From contig JBMFOP010000004.1 in NCBI GenBank assembly GCA_049969675.1, positions 1 through 58,113 of the forward strand: DNA of 58,113 bases, given 5' to 3'. This DNA comes from Myxococcota bacterium (GTDB taxonomy: Bacteria > Myxococcota > SpSt-1050). The notes below the pieces were generated by a model that was not told where the DNA came from, searched no databases, and saw only the letters and a list, made by a program, of their open reading frames with translations. The translations under genes were made by a program, and so were the position numbers. Shown piece after piece: positions 36,772-45,352 of this stretch. Within the stretch, counting starts at the first letter, position 1; every line of letters starts with the position of its first letter.

Positions 36772-39147
36772 CTATTCTCCTTTTGGATTCCCTCTGATAT
36801 TGAATAGGGTATATAACAAAATTCCAAGCGAGATTGATGCCAGCTTGCTTTGCGATGTGTCCCCACGGGATGTTAGAATCAGTGGCACCTTCCCACCTAC
36901 TACCACACCGGCTATTTTGGCGTGGCTTGAGACTGTTAGAGTCTTGTAAATAATGTTGCCTGCCTCAATATCTGGCATAATCAGTATATCTGCATCTCCC
37001 CTGATCTTCCCCTGATATCTCTTCTCCTCAGCAATTCTGGGATTGATGGCTACATCCACGGAGAGTGGGCCCTCAATTATATACTCATTGGTATTGGAGA
37101 GTTCATCTGCTATCTCCTTTGCCTCAACAGAGGAAGCGACAGATGGATTTACCTTCTCAACCGCGGATATTATAGCAATCTTTGGGCATCTAATATTGAG
37201 GGCATTGGCCACAGATATTGAGTTCTGAATTATCTTCTTCTTTGCGTTCTTATTGGGGGCTGGATTGATCGCTGCATCAGATATAAGGAGTAACTTTGGA
37301 TATGCTGGAATCTCAAATACACCTACATGTGAGAGAAAGACCTTCTCATCAGGCTTGAGCATTGATTTGGTAGTCTCAATAAATGCCCTCATAATCTGTT
37401 CTGTCATTATTGAGCCTTTCATAAGCATATTTACAACCCCATTTTTATAAAGCGACATAGCCTTCTGAACAGGGTCATCAGCGTCAATTATTGCAAAGTT
37501 ATCATTATCAATGATGATGTCATAATCCCATGCAATCTGAGATATCTCCGCAAAAGGACCAATCAGCAAAAACTTTGCAATCCTGAATCTTCCCTCTGAG
37601 TTTGCGAGATTTGCTGCCCCAATTGCCTCTTCATTATTCCCACCCACTATTCCTATACGAGGGCACCCATATTTTGTTGCCACTTCCTTAGCCATAAAGA
37701 TTATATCATTGATACATCGGGCTGGCATCTGAGGTTTCACTCGCAATACAGGAGTATCAAAGAGCTTAATATCAAGTGTCTTTTTAAGGTTATTGAGATT
37801 CCTATAAAAGATCAACTTCTCTTTGGAATAGTCCTTCAGCCTTTCAGGATTTAATCTGGAGAGGATATTTTCAGTGATGAGCAATTCAATGTCAAATGTC
37901 TCATTGAAGGAAATCATAGGCGTTTGAAGGTTGATTCTCTCTGAAATGTTCTGAATGATCTCGTTGGACCTGGAGAGCCCGCCTGAGACCGCGATAACAA
38001 TGGGTAATCCCTTCTCGGATGCCGCTGACATAATAGAACGGGCAATGACGCCAGAGAAGAAATCAATTATCAGGTTTATCTTTTTCTTCTGGGCATCATT
38101 TGAACCCATATCTCTAAAGTCTATGAGTGTCTTGAAATCATTGGTACCCGCTAAACTCAATAGCCCACCTTCATTATATGCAAGCCTTTTGAGCTCTTCT
38201 ATGGAGATTCTACCATTTTTGATCTCATCCAGTAATATCTCAACCGGAATATTTCCAGCCCTATTTGAGCCGGGCATATCAGAGAAGGAATTCAGGACCT
38301 CGGTTATCCTCCCCTTGTTATGTCTTGCTGTTGAGATTCCGCCACCAGCGTGAGTGGTAATAAATATCCCATCCTCATAATTTATTCCAATCAATCCGGA
38401 GATCAGACGTGCAATACTTCTGTGGTTTAGATAATGAGCACCAGAGCCCTTTCGGAAATATCCATTTACTCCAAGCAGCCTGTTTGAGTCGCCCATCTCA
38501 TCTGTAGATATTGGGTCTGTGGTGGTGATCAGTATATTCTCCTTTTTTATCCTATCTCTGAGTAATGATGCTATCAGTATCCCGTAATTTGAGGGGTGTT
38601 CAATAGGAGATGCTGCTGCATCTTTTACCATCTCTGCATCTACAATAAATGTCCCTCCCGCTGCAGGATGTAGGTATCCACCTTTTACCGCTATCCCATA
38701 TATCATCTCATTAGAGATTCTATTATTCTGAAGCCAGGTGCGAATCTGATTTGCCCTGAATTCTGCATCAGTATTTTGTTGTACCGGCAGGGGGATATCC
38801 TCCTTGATGTACAGTCTCCTTCCAGAGAATGCTGCAACCTTTGTAGATGTGTTTTGAGGAATGATTGCAATAGTTATCTCATTATCAGATATCTGTAAAA
38901 GGGAATCTCTCTGATGGGCAGCGAATATCTCAAGGACTTTTGAGGAATTTTCTGGTCTTGAAAGCTGCGAAATCTGCCTGTTGAGTAATGATTCTATTTT
39001 TTGCTTTAATTCAAAGTATATAATTTTACTCTCAACCCTCTCAAGGAATTCAAATAATTTTCTTGTAAGATCCGGTGCATATTGAATATCAGTTCTCTCA
39101 AGTCTGTTTATTGTCTCCATTATTTCAGAGGGAAGCACTCTATCCAT
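36772..39147 (-). CDS. Fusion protein: N-terminal helical domain plus butyrate (acyl) kinase plus phosphate butyryl/acetyltransferase
   Basis: Buk-like motifs IAIIPQNTSTKVA, HPSNYG, FITTHAGGGIS, LAGTNDF, IAVSGGLS. Ptb-like motifs MLMKGSIMT, LSHVGVFEIP..PKLLLISDAAINPAP, IEGPLSVDVA, ADILIMPDIEAGNIIYK. AAGGAGG RBS. Confidence 0.82.
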   Translation of the reverse strand: MDRVLPSEIMETINRLERTDIQYAPDLTRKLFEFLERVESKIIYFELKQKIESLLNRQISQLSRPENSSKVLEIFAAHQRDSLLQISDNEITIAIIPQNTSTKVAAFSGRRLYIKEDIPLPVQQNTDAEFRANQIRTWLQNNRISNEMIYGIAVKGGYLHPAAGGTFIVDAEMVKDAAASPIEHPSNYGILIASLLRDRIKKENILITTTDPISTDEMGDSNRLLGVNGYFRKGSGAHYLNHRSIARLISGLIGINYEDGIFITTHAGGGISTARHNKGRITEVLNSFSDMPGSNRAGNIPVEILLDEIKNGRISIEELKRLAYNEGGLLSLAGTNDFKTLIDFRDMGSNDAQKKKINLIIDFFSGVIARSIMSAASEKGLPIVIAVSGGLSRSNEIIQNISERINLQTPMISFNETFDIELLITENILSRLNPERLKDYSKEKLIFYRNLNNLKKTLDIKLFDTPVLRVKPQMPARCINDIIFMAKEVATKYGCPRIGIVGGNNEEAIGAANLANSEGRFRIAKFLLIGPFAEISQIAWDYDIIIDNDNFAIIDADDPVQKAMSLYKNGVVNMLMKGSIMTEQIMRAFIETTKSMLKPDEKVFLSHVGVFEIPAYPKLLLISDAAINPAPNKNAKKKIIQNSISVANALNIRCPKIAIISAVEKVNPSVASSVEAKEIADELSNTNEYIIEGPLSVDVAINPRIAEEKRYQGKIRGDADILIMPDIEAGNIIYKTLTVSSHAKIAGVVVGGKVPLILTSRGDTSQSKLASISLGILLYTLFNIRGNPKGE

Positions 39148-39229
39148 AATAACCTCCTTATAAATACCCTCCCCTGATATATTTTCTGGTTAAGTGATTT
39201 AATGGTGAAATACAAACCATCGGCCTGTC

Positions 39230-39258
39230 TATATAGAGTATAGGTTTCAGGATGTCAA
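39230..39258 (-). promoter_or_regulatory. Sigma70-type promoter for the kinase-PTA / CoA-transferase-GNAT / deacylase operon
   Basis: On the minus strand: TTGACA (39258-39253), 17-nt spacer, TATATA (39235-39230). It lies about 80 nt upstream of the ATG at 39147. Confidence 0.6.
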
Positions 39259-39289
39259 TCAATAAAGGCTTGAGTTGAAATAATTACTA

Positions 39290-39874
39290 TTATCTTGATT
39301 TGAGTTCTAAGAGTACGAGTTTGGCGATGGCTTTTAATGTCTCAAATACACCGATACCCTTTGAAGCCACTGCCTCAAAGTCGGGGACATTCCTGTAATT
39401 GAGTGCCTTTCTGAGCTCGGCAACAGGCATCACATTTGGAAGGTCTCTCTTGTTGTACTGGATAACAAATGGCATTTTGTCAAGGTCAAATCCATGTTCT
39501 TTAAGGTTGGTCTTTAGATTATCAAGTGATTCAAGATTTGCCTCCATCCTCTCAATCTGTGAATCCGCAACAAATACCACCCCATCAGCACCTTTTAATA
39601 TCAGCTTTCTGGAGGCGTCATAAAATACCTGCCCCGGGACCGTGTAGAGATGGAATCTGGTCTTAAAGCCCTTTATATCTCCAAGAGATAGAGGGAGGAA
39701 ATCAAAGAAGAGTGTCCTCTCTGTCTCTGTAGCAAGAGATATCAGCTTCCCCTTCGCGGCTGGATTGGTCTTTGCATAGATATATTGAAGATTGGTCGTC
39801 TTTCCACAAAGTCCTGGCCCATAATAGACAATCTTACAATTTATTTCTCTGGCAGAATAATTTATAAAAGACAT
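39290..39874 (-). CDS. mglA: Ras-like polarity/motility GTPase MglA
   Basis: [16 protein letters not shown]-loop, [31 protein letters not shown]. Confidence 0.92.
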   Translation of the reverse strand: MSFINYSAREINCKIVYYGPGLCGKTTNLQYIYAKTNPAAKGKLISLATETERTLFFDFLPLSLGDIKGFKTRFHLYTVPGQVFYDASRKLILKGADGVVFVADSQIERMEANLESLDNLKTNLKEHGFDLDKMPFVIQYNKRDLPNVMPVAELRKALNYRNVPDFEAVASKGIGVFETLKAIAKLVLLELKSR

Positions 39875-39890
39875 ATATTAGTACCCTAAA

Positions 39891-40376
39891 TTAGAAATCC
39901 CCGAAGAGTTTATCAATATCGCCCTCTGTAATGTCAATGGCGCCCTGCGAATCTTTCTCCTTTTCGGTCTTGGAGAAAATTGCGTCAAATATCTTATTGA
40001 GCTCCTCTGTGGACTTCTTAACCTTTAATCTTACAAGACCCTGATTGGTTCTCTTGTCAAAGATTACCACCAGAATCATTCTTGTACCTATCAGTGATAT
40101 ATGAACTGAATCATTATCCCCTTCGTGGAATAACACTGAAAATTCCTTCTCTCCCAGTAGCTTGGCAAGCCCTCCAGTAGCCGCGACATTTCCAGCCGTA
40201 AGAGAGGCTAAGGATGTGGTATCCATTCTTGAGACATCTCCAGAAACTGCAATCAACTGCCCATTCTTATCAACTATGAAGACGATCTTTGAATTGGATT
40301 CTTTGTATAGTCGGTCACATATAAGCTTTATAGCCTCATATTCCTTTTCGTGTAAAACCAACTGGGGATTAAACAT
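39891..40376 (-). CDS. mglB: Roadblock/LC7 family protein MglB (MglA GAP)
   Basis: 161 aa Roadblock-like fold pattern (IVDKNGQLIA..GD...D...LASLTAGNVAA). Lies immediately upstream of mglA, as in the mglBA operon. Confidence 0.8.
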   Translation of the reverse strand: MFNPQLVLHEKEYEAIKLICDRLYKESNSKIVFIVDKNGQLIAVSGDVSRMDTTSLASLTAGNVAATGGLAKLLGEKEFSVLFHEGDNDSVHISLIGTRMILVVIFDKRTNQGLVRLKVKKSTEELNKIFDAIFSKTEKEKDSQGAIDITEGDIDKLFGDF

Positions 40377-40477
40377 ATAAATACCTTATCAATAAGGGTG
40401 AAACTTCATAAACTAATTATCAGATTGCCAGATTGAATTCAAGTAAAAAATTAACTTTTTCAACAATTCTAAAATAT

Positions 40478-40897
40478 CACTGCTGTCCAAAACAATCTTC
40501 TTTGAGAATTTAACTATTTGTAAAATAAGAATTTTAGATGGGTAAACACATATTTTAAAAGTCAGGTTAGCCCAATGTCCTTTATAATCAATTGAAAGGC
40601 TGTCCAACTTAAGTAAGGGCTAATAATCATTAGCCCCTACAATAGCTACATCTGGCACAACAGGTAAGGTTTCATAGGGTTTATTTATCCATTCCCCCAA
40701 CTCCCTGTATGGTTAATCTATAACCTAAATTGAGCGATTTTTTGTATTGCTGAGGATTGGTAACTTCTACAGAATCAATTTTTTGCCTGAAATTCTCTCT
40801 GGATGTGTTAAAGGACTTTATAATAATCTCCCACCTGTTGGGTGATATTGGGCTAAACCCCAGACTGTGTTTTTTGTCAAATCTTCTCAGCAGGTTA
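40478..40897 (-). repeat. Intergenic repeat family, full-length reference copy B
   Basis: Its reverse complement aligns with copy A (1-276) and copy D (53971-54343), and its head aligns with F1. It contains the hairpin GGGCTAAT-aatc-ATTAGCCC at 40617-40637. The tail CACTGCTGTCCAAAAC starts at 40478. Confidence 0.85.
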
Positions 40898-41220
40898 ACT
40901 CAACAGGTGGATTTTTTCATCTAAAAGATCGATTAGATTAGGTATAAGAAAACTCATAGGTGTTTTGTCTAATAATAAATGTTATAATTAACCCGAATAA
41001 GGGTTTTCATTATATGTCCATTTAAGCGGCATTGATTTTTGGTCATTGTAGGACTTAATGATTTCACCAGATCTTCAATGTTCTGAATGTCTCTTCATCT
41101 CTCTATAATTCTATCTATCTCCGAATTATAAAATTTCACTTCTGAATGTATTTGTGTAATTTGCTTTGCCAACCACTGGGTATTTTGTTTCACCAACTAA
41201 AAATGACAATTTATTCTCTT

Positions 41221-41350
41221 ATTGTAGATTGTTGTGAGAAATGACAGGGTGTTTATTCATAGGAAGCCTCCTTACAGGGTTCTCTTTGAAAAATAATCTT
41301 ACCCTATCAAGATTTTCTTATCTAAAAAAAAATTATTCTGGACAGATGTT
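41221..41350 (+). repeat. Internally deleted short copy of the intergenic repeat (copy H)
   Basis: GATTGTTGTGAGAAATGACAG resembles AATTGTTGAGGGAAATTAGTAG of copy A. The tail is AATTATTCTGGACAGATGTT. It ends 30 bp upstream of the ATG at 41380 and is inverted relative to copy B. Confidence 0.5.
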
Positions 41351-41379
41351 GTCCATTAAAAAATGGTTGAACTTAATAT

Positions 41380-41985
41380 ATGGATAGAATATTATCCATA
41401 AATGTGTATTTTGCCAGAGGGATGTTTATAAGGTTTACACTTCTTATATTTTACCTCTCTTCTGTAATATTCCACAGGAGGGTCAATGAATTTATTGATA
41501 TCTTTTATAAAAAATATTCTTTTGAGAGCACGAATAGGTTCTTTATTTTCTCTCTTATAATTCCGCTAATAGTGATAATTATCCTCTTCTTTTATAAAGC
41601 TCTGAGGAGCGATAAGAGATCTCTAATAATAACACTCTCTCTGGTAATCACCCCTCTATTATTGTTCTATTATATCTTATTTGTATCCAATGTTGAGGCA
41701 GTGCACTACTTTCAATATGCAATAATAGCAGTTATGATTTTTAAAATCTCTGATAACCTGTTATATTCCTTTGTCGCCTCTACAATTCTTGGGGTTGTAG
41801 ATGAGGCATATCAATATTATGTACTTTATGCTGGTGTAAAAGGTCTCTATCTGGACTACAACGATATGCTGTTTAATGTGCATGGGGCGATAATAGGGCT
41901 TGTCTTTTATTTAATAGTTACAGAGAATATTTTTAATAGTAGAGTGAGGTCTGGTATTGTGGCAAGATTGGGGGATTCTTTGTAG
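41380..41985 (+). CDS. VanZ-like family membrane protein
   Basis: About 5 TM helices. The pattern VEAVHYFQYA ... GVVDEAYQYY ... YNDMLFNVHGAIIG is consistent with VanZ-like motifs. The start codon is uncertain. Confidence 0.5.
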   Translation: MDRILSINVYFARGMFIRFTLLIFYLSSVIFHRRVNEFIDIFYKKYSFESTNRFFIFSLIIPLIVIIILFFYKALRSDKRSLIITLSLVITPLLLFYYILFVSNVEAVHYFQYAIIAVMIFKISDNLLYSFVASTILGVVDEAYQYYVLYAGVKGLYLDYNDMLFNVHGAIIGLVFYLIVTENIFNSRVRSGIVARLGDSL

Positions 41986-42075
41986 ATTCTGGTATTTTTG
42001 AGCTGGTTTGAAATTACTTGACCAGATATATTTATTTGGCTATGTAAAAAGGGACTTTTTTGAAAGGAGTTTAAA

Positions 42076-42465
42076 ATGAATATCCCGAGAGACCTTCTTT
42101 ACACAAAAGACCACGAATGGGCAAGGGTTGAAGGAAATGTCGCAACTATTGGAATAACAGACCATGCACAGAAGTTGTTAGGAGATATAGTATTCCTTGA
42201 GATATCTGAAGTAGGGACATCTGCAAATAAGGGTGAAAAGATTGGGACCATTGAATCTGTAAAGGCGGCATCAGATATATTTTCTCCATTGTCCGGAAAG
42301 ATTATTGAGGTGAATACTGAACTCTCAGCCGCACCCGATACAGTAAATAAAGACCCTTATGGTGCTGCGTGGATGGCAAAGATAGAGATATCAAATCCCA
42401 AAGAGATGGATGAATTGTTAAAGGCTGATGACTATGCAAGGCTAATTGAGGAGGATAAAAATTAA
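42076..42465 (+). CDS. gcvH: Glycine cleavage system protein H
   Basis: Lipoyl-lysine motif IESVKAASDIFSPLSG and N-terminal YTKDHEW. Confidence 0.95.
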   Translation: MNIPRDLLYTKDHEWARVEGNVATIGITDHAQKLLGDIVFLEISEVGTSANKGEKIGTIESVKAASDIFSPLSGKIIEVNTELSAAPDTVNKDPYGAAWMAKIEISNPKEMDELLKADDYARLIEEDKN

Positions 42466-43793
42466 TGAAATATCTTCCACATTCAGATAGAGATATTAAG
42501 GAGATGCTCGGTGTCCTGAATATCTCTACAATTGATTCACTCTTTGACCCTATACCTGCTGAATATAGGCTCAAGAATCTATTGAATATCCCATCCGGCC
42601 TTGATGAGAGAGCACTTGATGAGTTAATTAAATCTATTGCCGATTCAAATACTGCAACTTCATACACATTATTTGCTGGCGGTGGCATTTATAATCATTA
42701 CATCCCCAAGATTATAGACTCACTGATAATGAGGCAGGAATTTTATACTGCATATACACCTTATCAGCCTGAGATAAGTCAGGGGACATTACAGGCAATA
42801 TTTGAGTTTCAGACGATGGTGGCATCAATTCTTGGAGTGGATGTGGCGAATGCCTCTATGTATGATGGCTCTACTGCATCTGCAGAGGCAGTCCTTATGG
42901 CAAGGAGAAGGGCGTCAAATCCTAAAAAGGTCGTTTTGAGTTCAGCCCTGCACCCTGAATACAGAGCGGTGATTAAGACATATCTCAGACACCTCGGAGA
43001 TGAGATTGTTGAACTCCCTTATGATGTGAAGAGTGGCAGGACAATTTTTGATGAGAAGTTGATTGATGGTGCTTATGGTGTCGTTCTCCAGTATCCAAAT
43101 TTCTTTGGTGTCATTGAAGATTTAGAGTCCTTTTCCAGAATCCTCTCTGAAAAGAAGATTCCATTTATATCGGTTACTACTGAACCACTTTCTCTTAATC
43201 TGATTAAATCGCCCGGTTCACTCGGGGTGAGCATAGCAGTCGCTGAAGGTCAATCATTTGGCATCCCGATGTCTGCTGGTGGTCCGACTGTTGGATGGTT
43301 TGGAGCCAGAAAGGATCTGGTCAGAAGTATGCCGGGTAGACTTGTCGGTGAGACGGTAGATAGGCATGGAGAAAGGGTATTTGTACTCACGCTCTCTACC
43401 CGTGAACAGCATATCCGCAGAGAGAAGGCAACATCAAATATATGTACAAATTCTGGATTGAATGCACTTATAAATGCAATTTATATGGCATATAATGGAG
43501 CCTCTGGCCTTAAAGCCCTTTCTATAGAAAACCATAAGAAGGCAGAGAGTCTGAAGGAGATGCTAAGGCGTGAAGGTGTAAATACTATATTTGTTGGTGA
43601 TACATTCAATGAGTTTGTAATCTCTGTAAAAGATGCCAAAAAGTTTTATAAGAAAGCGCTTGAAAAGAAGATTATTCCCGGAATATTACTCTCCCGATTC
43701 TATCCTGAGCTAAAAGATGGATTGCTGGTGACTGTTACCGAACAGAATAGAGAGGAAGATTTTGCAAAGTTTTTGGATGTTTTGAGGGACTGA
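42465..43793 (+). CDS. gcvPA: Glycine dehydrogenase (decarboxylating) subunit 1
   Basis: 442 aa with motifs YTPYQPEISQGTLQAIFEFQTM, ANASMYDG and REQHIRREKATSNICTN. Confidence 0.93.
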   Translation: MKYLPHSDRDIKEMLGVLNISTIDSLFDPIPAEYRLKNLLNIPSGLDERALDELIKSIADSNTATSYTLFAGGGIYNHYIPKIIDSLIMRQEFYTAYTPYQPEISQGTLQAIFEFQTMVASILGVDVANASMYDGSTASAEAVLMARRRASNPKKVVLSSALHPEYRAVIKTYLRHLGDEIVELPYDVKSGRTIFDEKLIDGAYGVVLQYPNFFGVIEDLESFSRILSEKKIPFISVTTEPLSLNLIKSPGSLGVSIAVAEGQSFGIPMSAGGPTVGWFGARKDLVRSMPGRLVGETVDRHGERVFVLTLSTREQHIRREKATSNICTNSGLNALINAIYMAYNGASGLKALSIENHKKAESLKEMLRREGVNTIFVGDTFNEFVISVKDAKKFYKKALEKKIIPGILLSRFYPELKDGLLVTVTEQNREEDFAKFLDVLRD

Positions 43794-43823
43794 GTAGGCG
43801 AAAAGGCGAATTGAAGCGTAGCC
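43794..43823 (-). repeat. GC-rich ~35-nt motif, copy 3 (inverted)
   Basis: The reverse complement GGCTACGCTTCAATTCGCCTTTTCGCCTAC matches GGCTACGCTTCGCTATGCCATTTCGCCTAC at 12140-12169. It starts 1 nt after the gcvPA stop codon. Confidence 0.6.
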
Positions 43824-43964
43824 GGGTTGATTATTAATGGACTTCAATATGGGTGTCGCCCTTACAGCTCTTTTTTCTCACCTATCTTATCAACGGGTTG
43901 AGGGAAGTAAACACAAATAAAATAGATTCATTGAATTATAAGTGATACTGATGTATATGGTTTT

Positions 43965-44969
43965 GTGATGTTTAAGCGGATGGTAATGAAAATTCTCAAT
44001 TTTTTATTTAGAAGAAGGACCGAAATCATTCCTGATGTGAAAACCATAAAGGAGATAATTGTCGTTCGCACAGATGAGAGACTCGGTGAGATTATTTTGG
44101 TCCTCCCTTTGATAAATCATTTAAGAGGTAGTTTAAAGGATGCAAAAATAACTTTCCTGATGTGCAAAAGGTATAAAGGGCTGGCAAAGTATATCAATTG
44201 CGATAACTTCTTATTCTTTGAAAAGCGAGATATCTTCTTAAATCCAATCAGATTTATAGGCTTTTTAAGAAGGTTAAGATTTTATTACTTTGATGTGGCA
44301 ATTCTTGGGGGGAAGATTGATACGCCATCGCTGACATCATATCTGCTAATGGGTCTTATAAAGAGCAGATTTAAGATAGCAATCTGGCAGAAGGGGTTTA
44401 ATCCTTTTATAAATATGCCCATTGAGATTACTACAAACTCAGAGGCGATCTCCAAATATGAAATTGCACAAAAAATTACCAATGAGAGACTACCTTTTGA
44501 TAATTCGTTGAGAGTGGAGCAGGACAGCGGTAAGGTATATGATGTTATGATATTTACTGATGCCAGAAAGAGAGACCATCTATTACCGCTTGAAGTAATA
44601 AAAGATATTATATCAGGTCTGAATACATATAATTTGAAATTGGTTCTTGTCTCGGGGAAGGAAGGAGGGGAGAGAATATCAGGGATAAGAAATAATCTAC
44701 AATTTGAAGTAGATACAATTATCTCTCCTGAACTGGATGATTTAATAAAAATTATTTGTATGAGTAGAGCTGTTATTGTTGCCAATACTGGTGTTATGCA
44801 CCTTTCGGTCTCTCTGAGAGTTCCGACCTGTGGTATATTTGTAAATGCCGACCCCGCTGTCTGGGGATATAACTTTGAGCCACATCTGATGCTGGATGGA
44901 AGAGATAGAGAGATTGATATAAATGAGGTTGTAAATTTTGTATTATGTAGTATAAAAAAAAACCGTTGA
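43965..44969 (+). CDS. Glycosyltransferase family 9 (heptosyltransferase-like)
   Basis: N-terminal IIVVRTDERLGEIILVLPLINHLR and C-terminal ANTGVMHLSVSLRVPTCGIF resemble GT9 signatures. Confidence 0.7.
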   Translation: MMFKRMVMKILNFLFRRRTEIIPDVKTIKEIIVVRTDERLGEIILVLPLINHLRGSLKDAKITFLMCKRYKGLAKYINCDNFLFFEKRDIFLNPIRFIGFLRRLRFYYFDVAILGGKIDTPSLTSYLLMGLIKSRFKIAIWQKGFNPFINMPIEITTNSEAISKYEIAQKITNERLPFDNSLRVEQDSGKVYDVMIFTDARKRDHLLPLEVIKDIISGLNTYNLKLVLVSGKEGGERISGIRNNLQFEVDTIISPELDDLIKIICMSRAVIVANTGVMHLSVSLRVPTCGIFVNADPAVWGYNFEPHLMLDGRDREIDINEVVNFVLCSIKKNR

Positions 44970-44980
44970 GGAGGAATTGA

Positions 44981-45352
44981 ATGTTTTATCTTAGAGTAAG
45001 AGATGATTTTGCCGCAGCGCATTACCTGAGAGGATATAAAGGAAAGTGTGAGGCGCTTCATGGCCACAACTGGAAGGTTGAGCTGGAGGTAGGGTTTAAT
45101 AGTATTGATGAGACGGGGCTTGCAATGGATTACAAAGATTTAAAGAAGATATTGAAGGGGATTATTGATAGATTTGACCATACAGAACTCAACAGACTTC
45201 AGGAATTCTCCTCTGTTAATCCAACAACAGAGAATATTGCTATGATTGTCTATAAAATGGCTCTTAAGAGTTTAAAAGACTCTGGAGTTAGAAAGCTCGC
45301 TGTAACTATCTGGGAGTCTGATGACTCCTGTTGTAGATATGAGGAGGATTGA
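44981..45352 (+). CDS. queD: 6-carboxy-5,6,7,8-tetrahydropterin synthase
   Basis: 123 aa with FAAAHYL, CEALHGHNWKVE and FDHTELN. Confidence 0.92.
   Translation: MFYLRVRDDFAAAHYLRGYKGKCEALHGHNWKVELEVGFNSIDETGLAMDYKDLKKILKGIIDRFDHTELNRLQEFSSVNPTTENIAMIVYKMALKSLKDSGVRKLAVTIWESDDSCCRYEED

Noticed and set aside
40413-40607. 64-aa ORF inside repeat copy B, and the 103-aa ORF at 53805-54116 inside the copy D region
   Set aside because: The reading frames are not preserved in the other repeat copies, where indels and substitutions break them. Neither has an RBS or a recognisable motif. They are most likely chance ORFs in AT-rich repeat DNA.
41986-42075. Glycine riboswitch upstream of gcvH
   Set aside because: The gap is only 90 nt and lacks the conserved GGAGAG...CACCG...CTCTGGAGAG-type cores. 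I found only a plausible TTGACC-17-TATGTA promoter (42018-42046) and an AGGAG RBS.
44970-44980. preQ1 riboswitch upstream of queD
   Set aside because: The gap from the GT9 gene is only 11 nt, which leaves no room for an aptamer. No preQ1-type motif appears upstream of the GT9 gene either.
44285-45067. 260-aa antisense ORF opposite the GT9 gene. Similar long shadow ORFs lie at 32120-32617, 19349-19927, 9664-10236 and 42302-42688.
   Set aside because: Each lies opposite a gene with clear family motifs. Their translations are low-complexity (Ser/Ile/Leu/Phe-rich) with no motifs. This is typical of antisense shadow ORFs.
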